The notes beneath the pieces were generated by a model. The model saw only the letters and a list, made by a program, of their open reading frames with translations, had not been told where the DNA came from and did not search any database. 52,370 nucleotides of DNA, taken from a bacterium (lineage in GTDB: Bacteria; JADJOY01). Below, piece by piece: positions 10,242 to 23,000 of the stretch (positions are counted from its first letter, which is position 1; each line of letters opens with the position of its first letter). The position numbers and the translations under genes are program-made. The stretch is taken from NCBI GenBank assembly GCA_046331705.1, contig JAXLQJ010000050.1, positions 1 to 52,370 of the forward strand, given 5' to 3'.

Positions 10242-10643
10242 TCAGCCGACGAGCGTCGTGCTCGGCGCGGGCTTGACCCAATCGATGTCGCGCTTCACCC
10301 ACACGTACGCGAGCCCCAGCGCGAGCACGAGCACGAACGTCCCGATCTCCGCGAGCGCCACCCAACCGGCCCCGCGGCTCACCCAATCGCGCAGCACGAC
10401 CAGCACTGGCACCATGAACGCCACTTCGAGGTCGAAGATCACGAAGATCAGCGCCACCACGTAGAACCGCAAGTTGAACTGGATCCAGGCTCCCCCGACC
10501 GGTCGCTCCCCGCACTCGTAGCTCAGCTCCTTGTCGAGGTCGGCGACGCGCGGCTGCAGCAGTCGGGAAAGCGCCAGGCTGAGGGCGATGAAGCCCACGG
10601 CGACGAGCGCGAAGATGCCGATGCACGCAAGCCCGTAGAACAC
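10242..10643 (-). CDS. nuoA: NADH-quinone oxidoreductase subunit A
   Basis: YECGE and FYVVALIFVIFDLEVAF; three TM helices. Confidence 0.95.
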   Translation of the reverse strand: MFYGLACIGIFALVAVGFIALSLALSRLLQPRVADLDKELSYECGERPVGGAWIQFNLRFYVVALIFVIFDLEVAFMVPVLVVLRDWVSRGAGWVALAEIGTFVLVLALGLAYVWVKRDIDWVKPAPSTTLVG

Positions 10644-10759
10644 GACTCACCACCTTCCCGATCGCATGCGACTCCCGGTGACTGCTCCACCCGAGCGCCC
10701 CGACCGGGCCGTCGCCATCACCGTGCGAGACACCGCTCGCGCCGGGGACGCGGGATGGG

Positions 10760-11296
10760 TCAGTACTGGATGACGGAATAGGTCTTCACGGGCGCCAAGC
10801 GCTTCCGACCACCGAGGGCCTTGAGCTCGATCACGAACGCGCATTCGATCACCTTCGCCTGGTGCTCGCGAACCAGCTGCACGCCTGCAGCAGCCGTGCC
10901 ACCCGTGGCGAGAAGGTCGTCGATGATCAGGACGCGCTCGCCCGGAAGGATCGCGTCCTCGTGGATCTCGATGACGTCGGTGCCGTACTCGAGCGCGTAC
11001 TGAACGCTGCGGGTCTTCCACGGCAGCTTGCCGGGCTTGCGCACGATGGCGAGGCCGACCCCGAGCTTGGCGGCCAGCGGCGCTCCGAACAGGAACCCGC
11101 GCGATTCCACGCACATGATCTTGTCGAGCCGCTTGTCCTTGTAGCGCGCCGCGAACGCGTTGATCGCCGCGCGGAACGCCTTGGGCGTCTGCAGCAGCGG
11201 CGTGATGTCGCGGAACAGGATCCCGGGCTTCGGGAAATCCGGGATGTCTCGGATGTGGGCCTTGAGGTCGAGCCCCTTGCGCTTGCTGGCGGCCAT
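10760..11296 (-). CDS. apt: Adenine phosphoribosyltransferase
   Basis: IPDFPKPGILFRDITPLL, ESRGF, RKPGKLP, YALEYG, IDDLLATGGT; ATG at 11296 after GGAGG. Confidence 0.97.
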   Translation of the reverse strand: MAASKRKGLDLKAHIRDIPDFPKPGILFRDITPLLQTPKAFRAAINAFAARYKDKRLDKIMCVESRGFLFGAPLAAKLGVGLAIVRKPGKLPWKTRSVQYALEYGTDVIEIHEDAILPGERVLIIDDLLATGGTAAAGVQLVREHQAKVIECAFVIELKALGGRKRLAPVKTYSVIQY

Positions 11297-11334
11297 CAGC
11301 GGTGATCCTCCGGTTGGATGAATGCGGGTTGCTC

Positions 11335-11364
11335 GTTGTAGAGGAAACGACGCGCGACGTGCAA
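11335..11364 (-). promoter_or_regulatory. Possible sigma70 promoter for apt-nuo
   Basis: TTGCAC, 18 nt, TACAAC in the surE-apt spacer; the -10 is imperfect. Confidence 0.3.
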
Positions 11365-11376
11365 GAGCGGCGCGGC

Positions 11377-12126
11377 TCAAACGCTCCACGCGGCGATCTC
11401 GTCGACCAGGTGGTCGTGCGTGAGATCGAGGTGGACCGGCGTGACGGAGATCAGCTTGTCGCGCAGCACCGCGACGGCATCGCTGCCTTCGATCGGGTCG
11501 AAGCCCAGCTCGTCGCCGCCGATCCAGTAATAGGTGCGCCCGCGCGGATCGGTGCGATCGACCACCGCGTCCGTGTAGCGGCGCTTGCCCTGGCGCGTGA
11601 CCCGGTATCCGACCTCGGGCTCGGGCGGGATGTTGGGGACGTTGACGTTGAGCAGCGTGGCCTTCGGCAGCCCGTGGCTCAGGATCGAGCGGGCCAGGCG
11701 CGCGGCGAACCGAGTCGCGGTCTCGAAGTGGAAATTCCGACGCGCGGCCATCGAGATGGCGAATGCCGGCGCGCCGAGCAACGTGCCCTCCATCGCCGCC
11801 GCGACGGTCCCCGAATACGTGATGTCGTCGCCGAGGTTCGCGCCCAGATTGATGCCCGACGCCACCAGATCCGGGCGACGGCCTTTGAGCACGGCGTTGA
11901 TGCCGAGGTAGACGGCATCCGATGGCGTGCCGTCGACGGCCCAGGTGCCGGGTGCCGTCTGCTCGAGCCGGAGCGGGCGTTGGAGCGTGAGCGCATGGCT
12001 CGCCGCGGATTGCTCGCGATCCGGCGCCACGATCAGCACCTCGCCCACCTCGCGCATCGCCTCGGCGAGTGCCTTGAGGCCAGGCGAATGCACGCCGTCG
12101 TCGTTCGTCACCAAGATCAGCGGCAC
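11377..12126 (-). CDS. surE: 5'/3'-nucleotidase SurE
   Basis: ILVTNDDG, GTPSDAV, SGINLGANLG, YSGTVAAAMEG. Confidence 0.97.
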   Translation of the reverse strand: MPLILVTNDDGVHSPGLKALAEAMREVGEVLIVAPDREQSAASHALTLQRPLRLEQTAPGTWAVDGTPSDAVYLGINAVLKGRRPDLVASGINLGANLGDDITYSGTVAAAMEGTLLGAPAFAISMAARRNFHFETATRFAARLARSILSHGLPKATLLNVNVPNIPPEPEVGYRVTRQGKRRYTDAVVDRTDPRGRTYYWIGGDELGFDPIEGSDAVAVLRDKLISVTPVHLDLTHDHLVDEIAAWSV

Positions 12127-12142
12127 GGCCTCGCTACCCCCG

Positions 12143-12174
12143 AAAACACGAAACCCGGCAGCTTGGCTGCCGGG
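12143..12174 (-). terminator. Putative intrinsic terminator after tRNA-Pro
   Basis: Minus strand CCCGGCAGC-CAA-GCTGCCGGG followed by TTTCGTGTTTT. Confidence 0.55.
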
Positions 12175-12188
12175 CCCGGGAATTCACT

Positions 12189-12265
<77 letters not shown>

Positions 12266-12274
12266 ATTGAAACC

Positions 12275-12697
12275 TCACTCTAGCACCTTCCGAATCGATT
12301 CCAACCCCGCGCGCACGCGCTCGAGAAGCGCGCGCAAGTCGGGCTCGGCGGAGTCGCCGTCGAGATCGAGCTGCGCCTGGGTCGGCGGCGCCGGCTGCGG
12401 CCGCGCCTCGCGCGTCAGCTCGCGCAACCGCTTCTTCGCGCCCGCGATCGTGAAGCGCTGATCGTAGAGCAGGTGCCGAATCTCGAGGATTCGCTCGATG
12501 TCGCGACGTCGATAGCGGCGCTGATTGCGCAGCTTCACGGGCTGGATGGCGTCGAACTCGGACTCCCAGTAGCGCAGCACGTAGGGCTCGACGCCCGTGA
12601 TCCGACTCACCTCCCCGATCTTGAAATAGAGCTTGTCGGGGATCTCGCGTGGGGGTGCGATCGCCCCCTCGCCGCTCGGGCTGGTGCGCGACGTCAT
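12275..12697 (-). CDS. MerR-family HTH transcriptional regulator (the type conserved after pheT/ihfA)
   Basis: IPDKLYFKIGEVSRITGVEPYVLRYWESEF...QRRYRRRDI...FTIAGAKKRL. Confidence 0.92.
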   Translation of the reverse strand: MTSRTSPSGEGAIAPPREIPDKLYFKIGEVSRITGVEPYVLRYWESEFDAIQPVKLRNQRRYRRRDIERILEIRHLLYDQRFTIAGAKKRLRELTREARPQPAPPTQAQLDLDGDSAEPDLRALLERVRAGLESIRKVLE

Positions 12698-12755
12698 GGC
12701 GGTGGCACCCTCGGCGCGCGCCCCGCGCGTCGCGCATCCTCGCGACGAAGCGCGC

Positions 12756-15143
12756 TCAGCGACGCCTGGCGTCGTGTGAGGCTTCGAGATCGCCCAGCAC
12801 GCGCTCCAGCGCGCCGGCGATCTCCGCTTCCGTCAGCGCCCGTTCGGCATGCTGGAAACGGACGTGGAACGCCAGGCTCTTGCGACCTGGCGCGAGCCCC
12901 TCGCCCTGATAGACGTCGAAGAGCTCGACGTCGACCACCCACTTCGCCCGGGCGAGCTCGCGCTCGATCTCGACCGCCGCAAGCGCAGCCGGCACGTCGA
13001 GGGCGAGATCGCGCAACGCGACCGGCTGGCGCGAGAACGAGCGATAGCGCGGTGGCGCCGCAGGCGTGAGCGCGCCCAAGTCGAGCTCGAACGCGTACAG
13101 GTCGAGCCCGATCCCGAGCTGCCCCAGCAGCCGACGGGACAACATGATCAGCTCGCCCACCTTGCGATCGTCGCACCAGATCTCTCCTGCTCGACCAGGC
13201 TCGGCGTACTGTAGGTCCGCCGCTGGCCGAAACGCAACGCCTTTGATTCCTGTGCGTTCGAGGAGAATCTCTAGAGTTCCCTTGAGGTCGAAGAAGTCGC
13301 AGTCGCGGGTGCTCTCGGGGAATGCGCCGCGCCCCTGGGCCCCACCGCCGAGCGCCGCGACGGATTCGATCTCGCGAAACGGCCACTTGCCGCCCGCTCG
13401 GCGGTGCGTGCGCGCCACCTGGAAGAGCCGCACGGCGGTCGCGCCGCGATTGAGCTGGGCCCGCGCGGTCTCGACGAGCCCCGACACGAGCGTCGTCGCG
13501 AGCACGGACGTGTCCTCGCCGAGTGGATTGGCGATCCGCACCGGCTCGGCCCGGCCGTCGGGGTAATCGAACCGCGCGACGACCTCGGGTGAGGTGAACG
13601 CCAGCCGCACGATCTCGCGGTAGCCCTGCCCCGCGAGCACGTCGCGCGCCAGCTCGACGCGTTGTGCGCCCGCCGCGGCGCCCGGCCCGGCGCCGGCAAG
13701 CACGACGCCATCCGCCGTCTCCGCCGGGATCTGGTCGTAGCCGGCGATGCGCGCGACCTCCTCGATGAGATCGACCTCGCGCGTGATGTCGGGTCGCCAC
13801 GGCGGCACCGTCGCCTCGAACGTCGCCGGGTCCACCGCGATGCCGATCGCATCGAGCGCGCCGACGCACGCCTCGTCCGAGATGGTGGTTCCGAGCACGG
13901 CCCTCGCCCGCTCCGGCCGGAACCGGATGCGCTGCGGCACGTGGGGCCGCGCCACCGCCTCGACGACCCCCGGCGCCACCGCGCCGCCGGCCAGCTCGAC
14001 GATCCGCTGCGCCAGGCGATCGAGCGCCGTCCCCAGCCCGACGGGATCGGTGCCGCGCTCGAAACGGTGCGACGCCTCGGTGTGCAGGCCGTGCCGCCGT
14101 GCGCTCCGTCGGATCGTGATCGGATCGAAATGGGCGCTCTCGAGGAGGAGATCCACGGTGTCGTCGTGCACCCCCGACACCTCCCCGCCCATGATGCCCG
14201 CGAACGCCATGGCCGCCCGGGCGTTCGCGATGATCAGGTCTTCCGCCGTGAGGGTTCGATCGACGCCATCGAGGGTGAGCAGCGTCTCGCCGGCACGCGC
14301 GCGGCGCACCACCGCGCGTCCGCCTTCGACGCGTGCGAGATCGAACGCGTGCAGCGGATGGCCGAGCTCGAGGAGCACCAGGTTGGTGGCGTCGACCACG
14401 TTCGAGATCGAACGGATGCCAACCGCCGCGAGGCGCCAGCGAACGGCGGCGGGCGACGGCCCCACGCGCACGCCGCGCACCACGCGCGCCGCGTAGCGCG
14501 AGCAACCCGCGACGTCCTCGATCTCGACGCGAACCGCCTCAGCAGCGGCCACGCCGGACTCGACGAGCGCGATCGCGGGTGGCGTCAACGCGGCGCCGGT
14601 GAGCGCCGCCACCTCGCGAGCGATCCCGAGCACGCCCAGGCAATCGGATCGATTCGGTGTGAGGCTGATGTCGAGCACCCAGTCGTCGAGGCCGAGCGCC
14701 TCGACCAGCGGCCGTCCCGGGGCGGGCTCGCCGTCGAGCAGCAGCAGGCCATCGTGGTTGCTCGACAGACCCAGCTCGGCCTCGCTGAGGAGCATTCCCT
14801 CGGAGACCTCGCCGCGCAGCTTGGCTTTGCGAATCTGGGTGCCGTTCGGCAGCGTCGCGCCGACGGGCGCCAAGGCCACGAAGGCACCGTCGCGAACGTT
14901 GGGCGCGCCACACACCACGGGGATCAGGCCCGTACCGTCCTCGACCTCGCAGAGGGTCAGGCGGTCGGCCTGGGGGTGCTTGCGGGTGCTGCGCACCCGG
15001 GCGACGCGTATGTCGGCGAGGCCGTGACCGAGCGCCTCCAGGCGCTCGACCTCGAGTCCCGCCATCGTCAAGCGCTCGGCCAGCTCGACCGGCGTGAGCT
15101 CGGTCGCCACCCATTCGCGAATCCAACGATACGTGAGCTTCAC
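12756..15143 (-). CDS. pheT: Phenylalanine--tRNA ligase beta subunit
   Basis: GTG start (MKLTYRWIREW); HPQADRL, VCGAPNV, TPNRSDCL, RFERGTD, DLIEEVARIAGYD; C-terminal FDX-ACB domain (FDVYQG). Confidence 0.97.
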   Translation of the reverse strand: MKLTYRWIREWVATELTPVELAERLTMAGLEVERLEALGHGLADIRVARVRSTRKHPQADRLTLCEVEDGTGLIPVVCGAPNVRDGAFVALAPVGATLPNGTQIRKAKLRGEVSEGMLLSEAELGLSSNHDGLLLLDGEPAPGRPLVEALGLDDWVLDISLTPNRSDCLGVLGIAREVAALTGAALTPPAIALVESGVAAAEAVRVEIEDVAGCSRYAARVVRGVRVGPSPAAVRWRLAAVGIRSISNVVDATNLVLLELGHPLHAFDLARVEGGRAVVRRARAGETLLTLDGVDRTLTAEDLIIANARAAMAFAGIMGGEVSGVHDDTVDLLLESAHFDPITIRRSARRHGLHTEASHRFERGTDPVGLGTALDRLAQRIVELAGGAVAPGVVEAVARPHVPQRIRFRPERARAVLGTTISDEACVGALDAIGIAVDPATFEATVPPWRPDITREVDLIEEVARIAGYDQIPAETADGVVLAGAGPGAAAGAQRVELARDVLAGQGYREIVRLAFTSPEVVARFDYPDGRAEPVRIANPLGEDTSVLATTLVSGLVETARAQLNRGATAVRLFQVARTHRRAGGKWPFREIESVAALGGGAQGRGAFPESTRDCDFFDLKGTLEILLERTGIKGVAFRPAADLQYAEPGRAGEIWCDDRKVGELIMLSRRLLGQLGIGLDLYAFELDLGALTPAAPPRYRSFSRQPVALRDLALDVPAALAAVEIERELARAKWVVDVELFDVYQGEGLAPGRKSLAFHVRFQHAERALTEAEIAGALERVLGDLEASHDARRR

Positions 15144-15192
15144 GTTGCCCTCGCGGTTCCCAGTCTCGGCGGCCTGGGCCCGCAGACCGCGT

Positions 15193-16311
<1,119 letters not shown>

Positions 16312-16334
16312 CGACGGTCGAGAGCAACGCGGTG

Positions 16335-16712
16335 TCAGGCGGCCAGTGAGGCCTCGACGCCGAGCGCTGCGTGAGCGCGCCGGGCGAGCTCCGCGAACGC
16401 CCCCGGCTCCCGAACCGCGAGGTCGGCGAGCACCTTGCGATCCATCTCCACGCCGGCGACCGCGAGCCCCGCCATGAAGCGGCTATAAGACAGGCCGTTC
16501 AGGCGCGCCGCGGCGTTGATCCGCCGGATCCACAGACGGCGGAAATCACCCTTGCGCGCCCGGCGGTCGCGATAGGCGTAGAGTCCGGATTTCCAGACCT
16601 GCTCTTTCGCGGTCTTGAGAAGGCGGCTCTTGGCGGAGTAGTAGCCCTTCGCAGCCTTCAGGATCTTGTTGCGACGGCTGGCCCCTCGGGGACCCCGTTT
16701 CACGCGCGGCAT
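16335..16712 (-). CDS. rplT: 50S ribosomal protein L20
   Basis: [45 protein letters not shown]. Confidence 0.98.
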   Translation of the reverse strand: MPRVKRGPRGASRRNKILKAAKGYYSAKSRLLKTAKEQVWKSGLYAYRDRRARKGDFRRLWIRRINAAARLNGLSYSRFMAGLAVAGVEMDRKVLADLAVREPGAFAELARRAHAALGVEASLAA

Positions 16713-16848
16713 GATCCAACTCCTCGGCGCCGACCGCGGCGGTCGACCACCTGGTTACGTCCTGGTTCTCGGTACTTTCGATTCGTTCGGTCGATCCGTG
16801 AGCCGTGTGGACTCGCCGCCACCAGCGCGCCGAGCCCGACGACCGCCT

Positions 16849-17046
16849 TCACGCGTACGGCAGCAACCGGCGCACCAGCGCGGCGGAGCCTCCCGGCAGC
16901 TCGCCAGTGCGTCGCATCGCGCGCTTTCGCTTGGTGCTCTTCTTCGTCAGGATGTGGCTGCGGAACGCCTTGCGGTGCCGCACCTTGCCGTTGGCGCTGA
17001 GCTTGAACCGCTTGGCGGTGCCGCGCCGGGTCTTGAGCTTGGGCAT
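16849..17046 (-). CDS. rpmI: 50S ribosomal protein L35
   Basis: [15 protein letters not shown]...[13 protein letters not shown]...LLPY. Confidence 0.97.
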   Translation of the reverse strand: MPKLKTRRGTAKRFKLSANGKVRHRKAFRSHILTKKSTKRKRAMRRTGELPGGSAALVRRLLPYA

Positions 17047-17086
17047 GGGATTGTCTCCGATTCGCGTCTCGCGTCGTGAGCCCTGG

Positions 17087-17629
17087 TCAGCGCTTCTTGG
17101 GCGTGAGCATCATGAACATCGCTCGGCCTTCGAAACGCGGCTCCTGCTCCACCTGGCCGACGTCGACGACGGCCTCGGCGATCTTCTCCAACGTCTTACG
17201 ACCGATCTCGTTGTGTACGATTTCACGACCACGGAAGAACATGGTCGCCTTCACCTTCTTGCCGTCCTCGAGGAACTCGCGGATGTGACGCACCTTGGTG
17301 TCGTGATCGTGCTCATCCGTCTTGAGTCGGAACTTGACCTCTTTGATCTGGATGACCGTTTGCTTTCGCTTCGCCTCGTGCGCCTTCTTCGCCTGCTCGT
17401 ACTTGTACTTGCCGTAGTCGAGCACACGGCACACGGGCGGTGTCGCGTTCGGGACGATCTCGACGAGGTCGAGGTCCCGAGCTTGAGCGTAGGCGCGGGC
17501 TTCTTCGATCGGAACGATCCCGATCTGGTCCCCGGCGTCGCCGATCAACCGGACGCGAGGCACCCGGATGGCGTCGTTGATGCGTGGTCCTAGATCCCGA
17601 CTTGGTGGCCTCTTGATGGGGCGTCTCAG
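17087..17629 (-). CDS. infC: Translation initiation factor IF-3 (non-canonical start: probably CTG 17629, alternatively ATC 17617)
   Basis: [39 protein letters not shown]. The frame stays open upstream of the ORF-track GTG, and GAGGAGG lies 7 nt before an in-frame CTG. Confidence 0.95.
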   Translation of the reverse strand: MRRPIKRPPSRDLGPRINDAIRVPRVRLIGDAGDQIGIVPIEEARAYAQARDLDLVEIVPNATPPVCRVLDYGKYKYEQAKKAHEAKRKQTVIQIKEVKFRLKTDEHDHDTKVRHIREFLEDGKKVKATMFFRGREIVHNEIGRKTLEKIAEAVVDVGQVEQEPRFEGRAMFMMLTPKKR

Positions 17630-17715
17630 TCCGCGTCCTCCTCGTTCGTCCCAATCGGCATGGCGACAAGCAGCGGGACGTGTGCTTCAGCCTGTCTGGC
17701 GAAATACTCGTTGAT

Positions 17716-17790
17716 TGGTAGGCACGACGGGATTTGAACCCGTGACCTCTGCCGTGTCAAGGCAGCGCTCTCCCCCTGAGCTACGCGCCT
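17716..17790 (-). tRNA. tRNA-Val (GAC)
   Basis: AGGCGCGTAGCTCAGGGGGAGAGC..., anticodon arm CTGCC-TTGACAC-GGCAG, GGTTCAAATCC, encoded CCA. Confidence 0.97.
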
Positions 17791-17846
17791 AAGCACCCGA
17801 ACTCGCTTCGAACTTGCCTGCGCGCCTCACGCGCGGACATCCGCAC

Positions 17847-17876
17847 GGCTTATCAGGCACGCGAAACGAACGTCAA
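17847..17876 (-). promoter_or_regulatory. Putative sigma70 promoter for tRNA-Val-infC-rpmI-rplT
   Basis: TTGACG, 18 nt, TAAGCC with an upstream TGn extension, in the gltA-tRNA spacer. Confidence 0.4.
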
Positions 17877-17929
17877 CCACGTTGGGCAGGCGGAGAGCCG
17901 TTTCGGCAGGATCCGGCGCGCTCGTCCCC

Positions 17930-19258
<1,329 letters not shown>

Positions 19259-19317
19259 GAAGCCTCCTCAACGCGACGCTGACGGACGAGGGAGCGGACT
19301 CGGAACCTGGCGACGCA

Positions 19318-20055
19318 TCACTGGGCCGCCTCGACATCCTGCACGACGACTTCGACGTCGGGCCCCACCGTCGCAGGCGTGACGACGAGGCGGAAGTTGC
19401 CGAACGAGCTTTCCGAAAGGTAACGAGCGACGGCGCGCGCTGGAAAGGCACCCCTCACTCGCAGCGAGATCGCGCCAGGCTCGAGCGCGAGCACGGTCAC
19501 GCTTCGAACCCCGGGAACCTGCCGCTCGAGCACGGCGCGTACCGCCTTGTAGCGCGCCGCCGTGAGCGAACCCGTGAGGAAGACGTCCGCGGAGCTCTCC
19601 GTGGTGGCGGCGGCTTCACTCCCCTCGCCGTCCGCCGAATCGCCCGCCGGCTCCGCCCTGGTCAGCGCCCGAGCGAGCGCAGCTGCGGCGACCCGCGCGT
19701 GGACCGCGACGCGGTATTCGGTCCCCGACGCGCCCTCCTCCGTCACCTGGTAACCGCTCACGAAGGCGCGACTGCGAGCCAACACGCCCCGCTCGAGCTC
19801 GGCCTGGCGCCCCGCCGCCTCGTCGGATCCGATCGCCGCAACCACCGCGCTCGCGACCGCAGCGCGCAGTGCCTGCGTCAAGGCCTTGTCGCGCGCCGCC
19901 ACCTGATCGCCGCCCTCGATCGACACCGTGGCCGAGCCATCGAACTCGCTGGCAGCGGGCGCGGTGCCCTCGGCCTGGGCGTACGCGACGGCCGGCGCCG
20001 TGGTGGCCACGGCGAGCACCCAGACGAGCCGCAACGCGAGGACTCGCGCGCTCAC
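19318..20055 (-). CDS. Exported hypothetical protein with an FlgT-N-terminal/DUF2066-like domain
   Basis: Signal peptide (...AVAYA/QA); AARDKALTQALRAAV...SRAFVSGYQVTEE...YRVAVHARV pattern; GTGA overlap with the dnaE stop. Family call by eye. Confidence 0.7.
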   Translation of the reverse strand: MSARVLALRLVWVLAVATTAPAVAYAQAEGTAPAASEFDGSATVSIEGGDQVAARDKALTQALRAAVASAVVAAIGSDEAAGRQAELERGVLARSRAFVSGYQVTEEGASGTEYRVAVHARVAAAALARALTRAEPAGDSADGEGSEAAATTESSADVFLTGSLTAARYKAVRAVLERQVPGVRSVTVLALEPGAISLRVRGAFPARAVARYLSESSFGNFRLVVTPATVGPDVEVVVQDVEAAQ

Positions 20056-23000
20056 GTCGAGACCCAGACGCTTTCCGCGCCCTGCGCCTCGCCGAGCCGC
20101 CGCATGAGGCCCTCGGTGGGCCGCACCCCGCGACCCTTCGGCAACTCGAGCACGGTCTCGGATACGCCGCGACGCACCAGGTGCAGAACGACCTTGCAGC
20201 CGCCGGGATTGGCCTGGAGCAGCGATTGGAGACCCCGCAAGCCGTCCGCCGGCAGGCGATCGCCATCGAGCGTCACGTGCACCTGGCCGACGCCCTTCGC
20301 CTCGGCGAGGCAGCGAATCTCCTCGGCGATCACCTTGGCGCCTCCTTCCGCCGCGTCGACCTTACCGCGGATGAAGACCGGCTCGTCGGCTTCCAGGATG
20401 CCTTGCGCGGACGCGAGCACCTCGGGAAACGCGATCACCTCCACGGTGCCGGTGAGGTCCTCGACGTTGAGGAACGCCATGCGGGAGCCCTTCTTCGTGA
20501 GCTTCTCCTTCTTGCCGGTGATCAGGCCCACCAAGCTCACGATCTCGCCATTGGGGCACTCGGCGAGGCTCTCGGTGACGGACGTGGCGAGCTGGGCGAT
20601 CGCGGCTCGATGCCGCTCGAGCGGATGCCCCGACACGTAAAACCCCAGGGACTCGCGCTCGAAACTGAAACGCACGTCGACGTCCCAGTCGGGAACGGCG
20701 GGCCACCGGAACGAATCCTTGCCAGCCCCGTCCTCGCCGCCGAGGGCGTCGAACATGCCGAGCTGCCCGCTCTCCTTCGCCTTGCGCTCGCGCACCGCCA
20801 GCTCGAGCAGGTCGTCGAGGCTCGCCCACAGCACGCCACGCGCGACACCCAAGGAATCGAACGCGCCGGCCTTGATCAACGCCTCGACGACGCGGCGATT
20901 CACCTTGCCGAGATCCACGACCCGCAGGAAGTGCAGGATGCCGCGAAACCCGCCCTCCGCCGCTCGCGCGGCGATGATCGAGTCCACGGCGGACCCGCCC
21001 ACGTTCTTGATGGCACCGAGGCCCACCCACACCTGCTCGCCGCGCACGCTGAACGCCCGCTCGCTGCGCTGCACGTCCGGTGGACCGATGGGAATCTTGC
21101 GCTCGCGGCACTCGGCGATGTAGCGCGTCACCTTGTCGGTGTTGTCCATGTCGCAGGTGAGCAACGCCGCCATGAACTCGGGCCGGAAGTGCGTCTTGAG
21201 GTACGCGGTCTGGTAAGCGATCAGCGCATACGCCGCCGAGTGGGACTTGTTGAAGCCGTAGCCGGCGAACTTCTCGATGTCGTCGTAGATCTTCCCGGCG
21301 AGCTCCGAGGCGATGCCGTTCGCGACCGAGCCCGACACGAACTCGGCGCGCAGCTTCGCCATCTCCTCGGGCTTCTTCTTGCCCATCGCCTTGCGCAGCC
21401 CGTCCGCCTTGCCCATCGAGAACGAGGCGAGGCGCTGCGCGATCTGCATCACCTGTTCCTGGTAGACGATGACGCCGTAGGTCCCGCTCAGCACCTCCTC
21501 CATGGCGGGATGGTCGTAGGCGATCTCGGTGAGCCCGTGCTTGCGGGAGATGTAGCTGTCGACCATGCCGCTCTCGAGCGGGCCGGGCCGATAGAGCGCG
21601 ACCAACGCGATCAAGTCCTCGAAGCACGACGGCTTCATCCGCCGCAGCAGGTCCTTGATCCCCGAGCTCTCCAGCTGGAAGACGCCGTTGGTGTCCGCAT
21701 CGGAGAGCAACGCGTAGGTGGGCGCGTCGTCGAGCGCGAGCTCGGCGAGGTCGAGCGCGATCCCGCGATTCTCGCGGATGCGCTCCGTCGCCTGGGCCAT
21801 GACCGTGAGCGTCTTGAGGCCGAGGAAATCGAACTTGATGAGCCCGATCTTCTCGACGTGGGTCATCGGGAACTGCGTGATCAACTCGTCGTTGGGGCCC
21901 TTGTAGAGCGGCAGATCCTCGACCAGCGGCCGGCTACCGATCACCACGCCGGCGGCGTGCGTCGACGCGTGCCGCGTGAGCCCTTCCAGGCCCTTCGCGG
22001 TGTCGATGAGCTCGCGCACGCGCGGATCCTGGTCGCGGGCCTGCTTGAGGCGGGGCTCGTCCTCCAGCGCTCGCTCGATGGTGATGCCGAGCGTCGGCGG
22101 GATGAGCTTGGCGACGCGGTCGGTCTCGCCGAACGAGAAACCGAGCGCCCGTCCCACGTCGCGCACCGCAGCCTTCGCCTGCATCGTCCCGAAGGTCGTG
22201 ATCTGCGCGACGTTGTCCTTGCCGTACTTCTCGGTGACGTACCGGATCACCTCGTCGCGCCGGTCCATGCAGAAGTCGACGTCGATGTCGGGCATGCTCT
22301 TGCGCTCCGGGTTCAGGAAGCGCTCGAAGAGCAGGTCGTACCGGAGCGGATCGATGTCCGTGATGTCGAGGCAGTACGCGACGAGGCTGCCGGCGGCCGA
22401 GCCGCGCCCCGGGCCCACCGGGATGCCGCGCTGCTTCGCGTAGCCGATGAAGTCCGAGACGATCAGGAAATAGCCGGAGAACTTCATGCCGGTGATGACC
22501 TGAAGCTCGTACTCCAGCCGCTCGCGATAGCGCGCCTCCACGGCCGCGGTGTGATTTCCGCTGCGCGCGGCGATGCGCGTCAGGCGACGCTCGAGCCCCT
22601 CGCGCGCCTGCGCCCGCACGTAGTCGTCGAGGTCCTGCCCGGGCGGCGGCTCGAAGCGCGGGAACTGGTGCTTGCCGAAGACCAGCTCGAGATCGCACCG
22701 CTCCGCGATCTCGACGGTGCTCGCCAGCGCCTGCGGCACTCCCGAGAAGAGCTCCGCCATCTCCTCGGGGCTGCGAACGTAGAAGGTCTCGCCGGTGAAC
22801 CGGAACCGATTGGCCTGATCGCGGGTCGCGTTGGTCTGGATGCAAAGCAACACGTCGTGGAGCGACGCGTGCTCGCGCGTCAGGTAATGGCAGTCGTTGG
22901 TCGCCACCAGCTTGACGCCGGTGTGCTTGGCCATCGCGAGCAGCTCCTCGTTCACCTGCTGCTGCTCGCCCACCTCGTTCTTCTGAAGCTCGAGGTAGTA

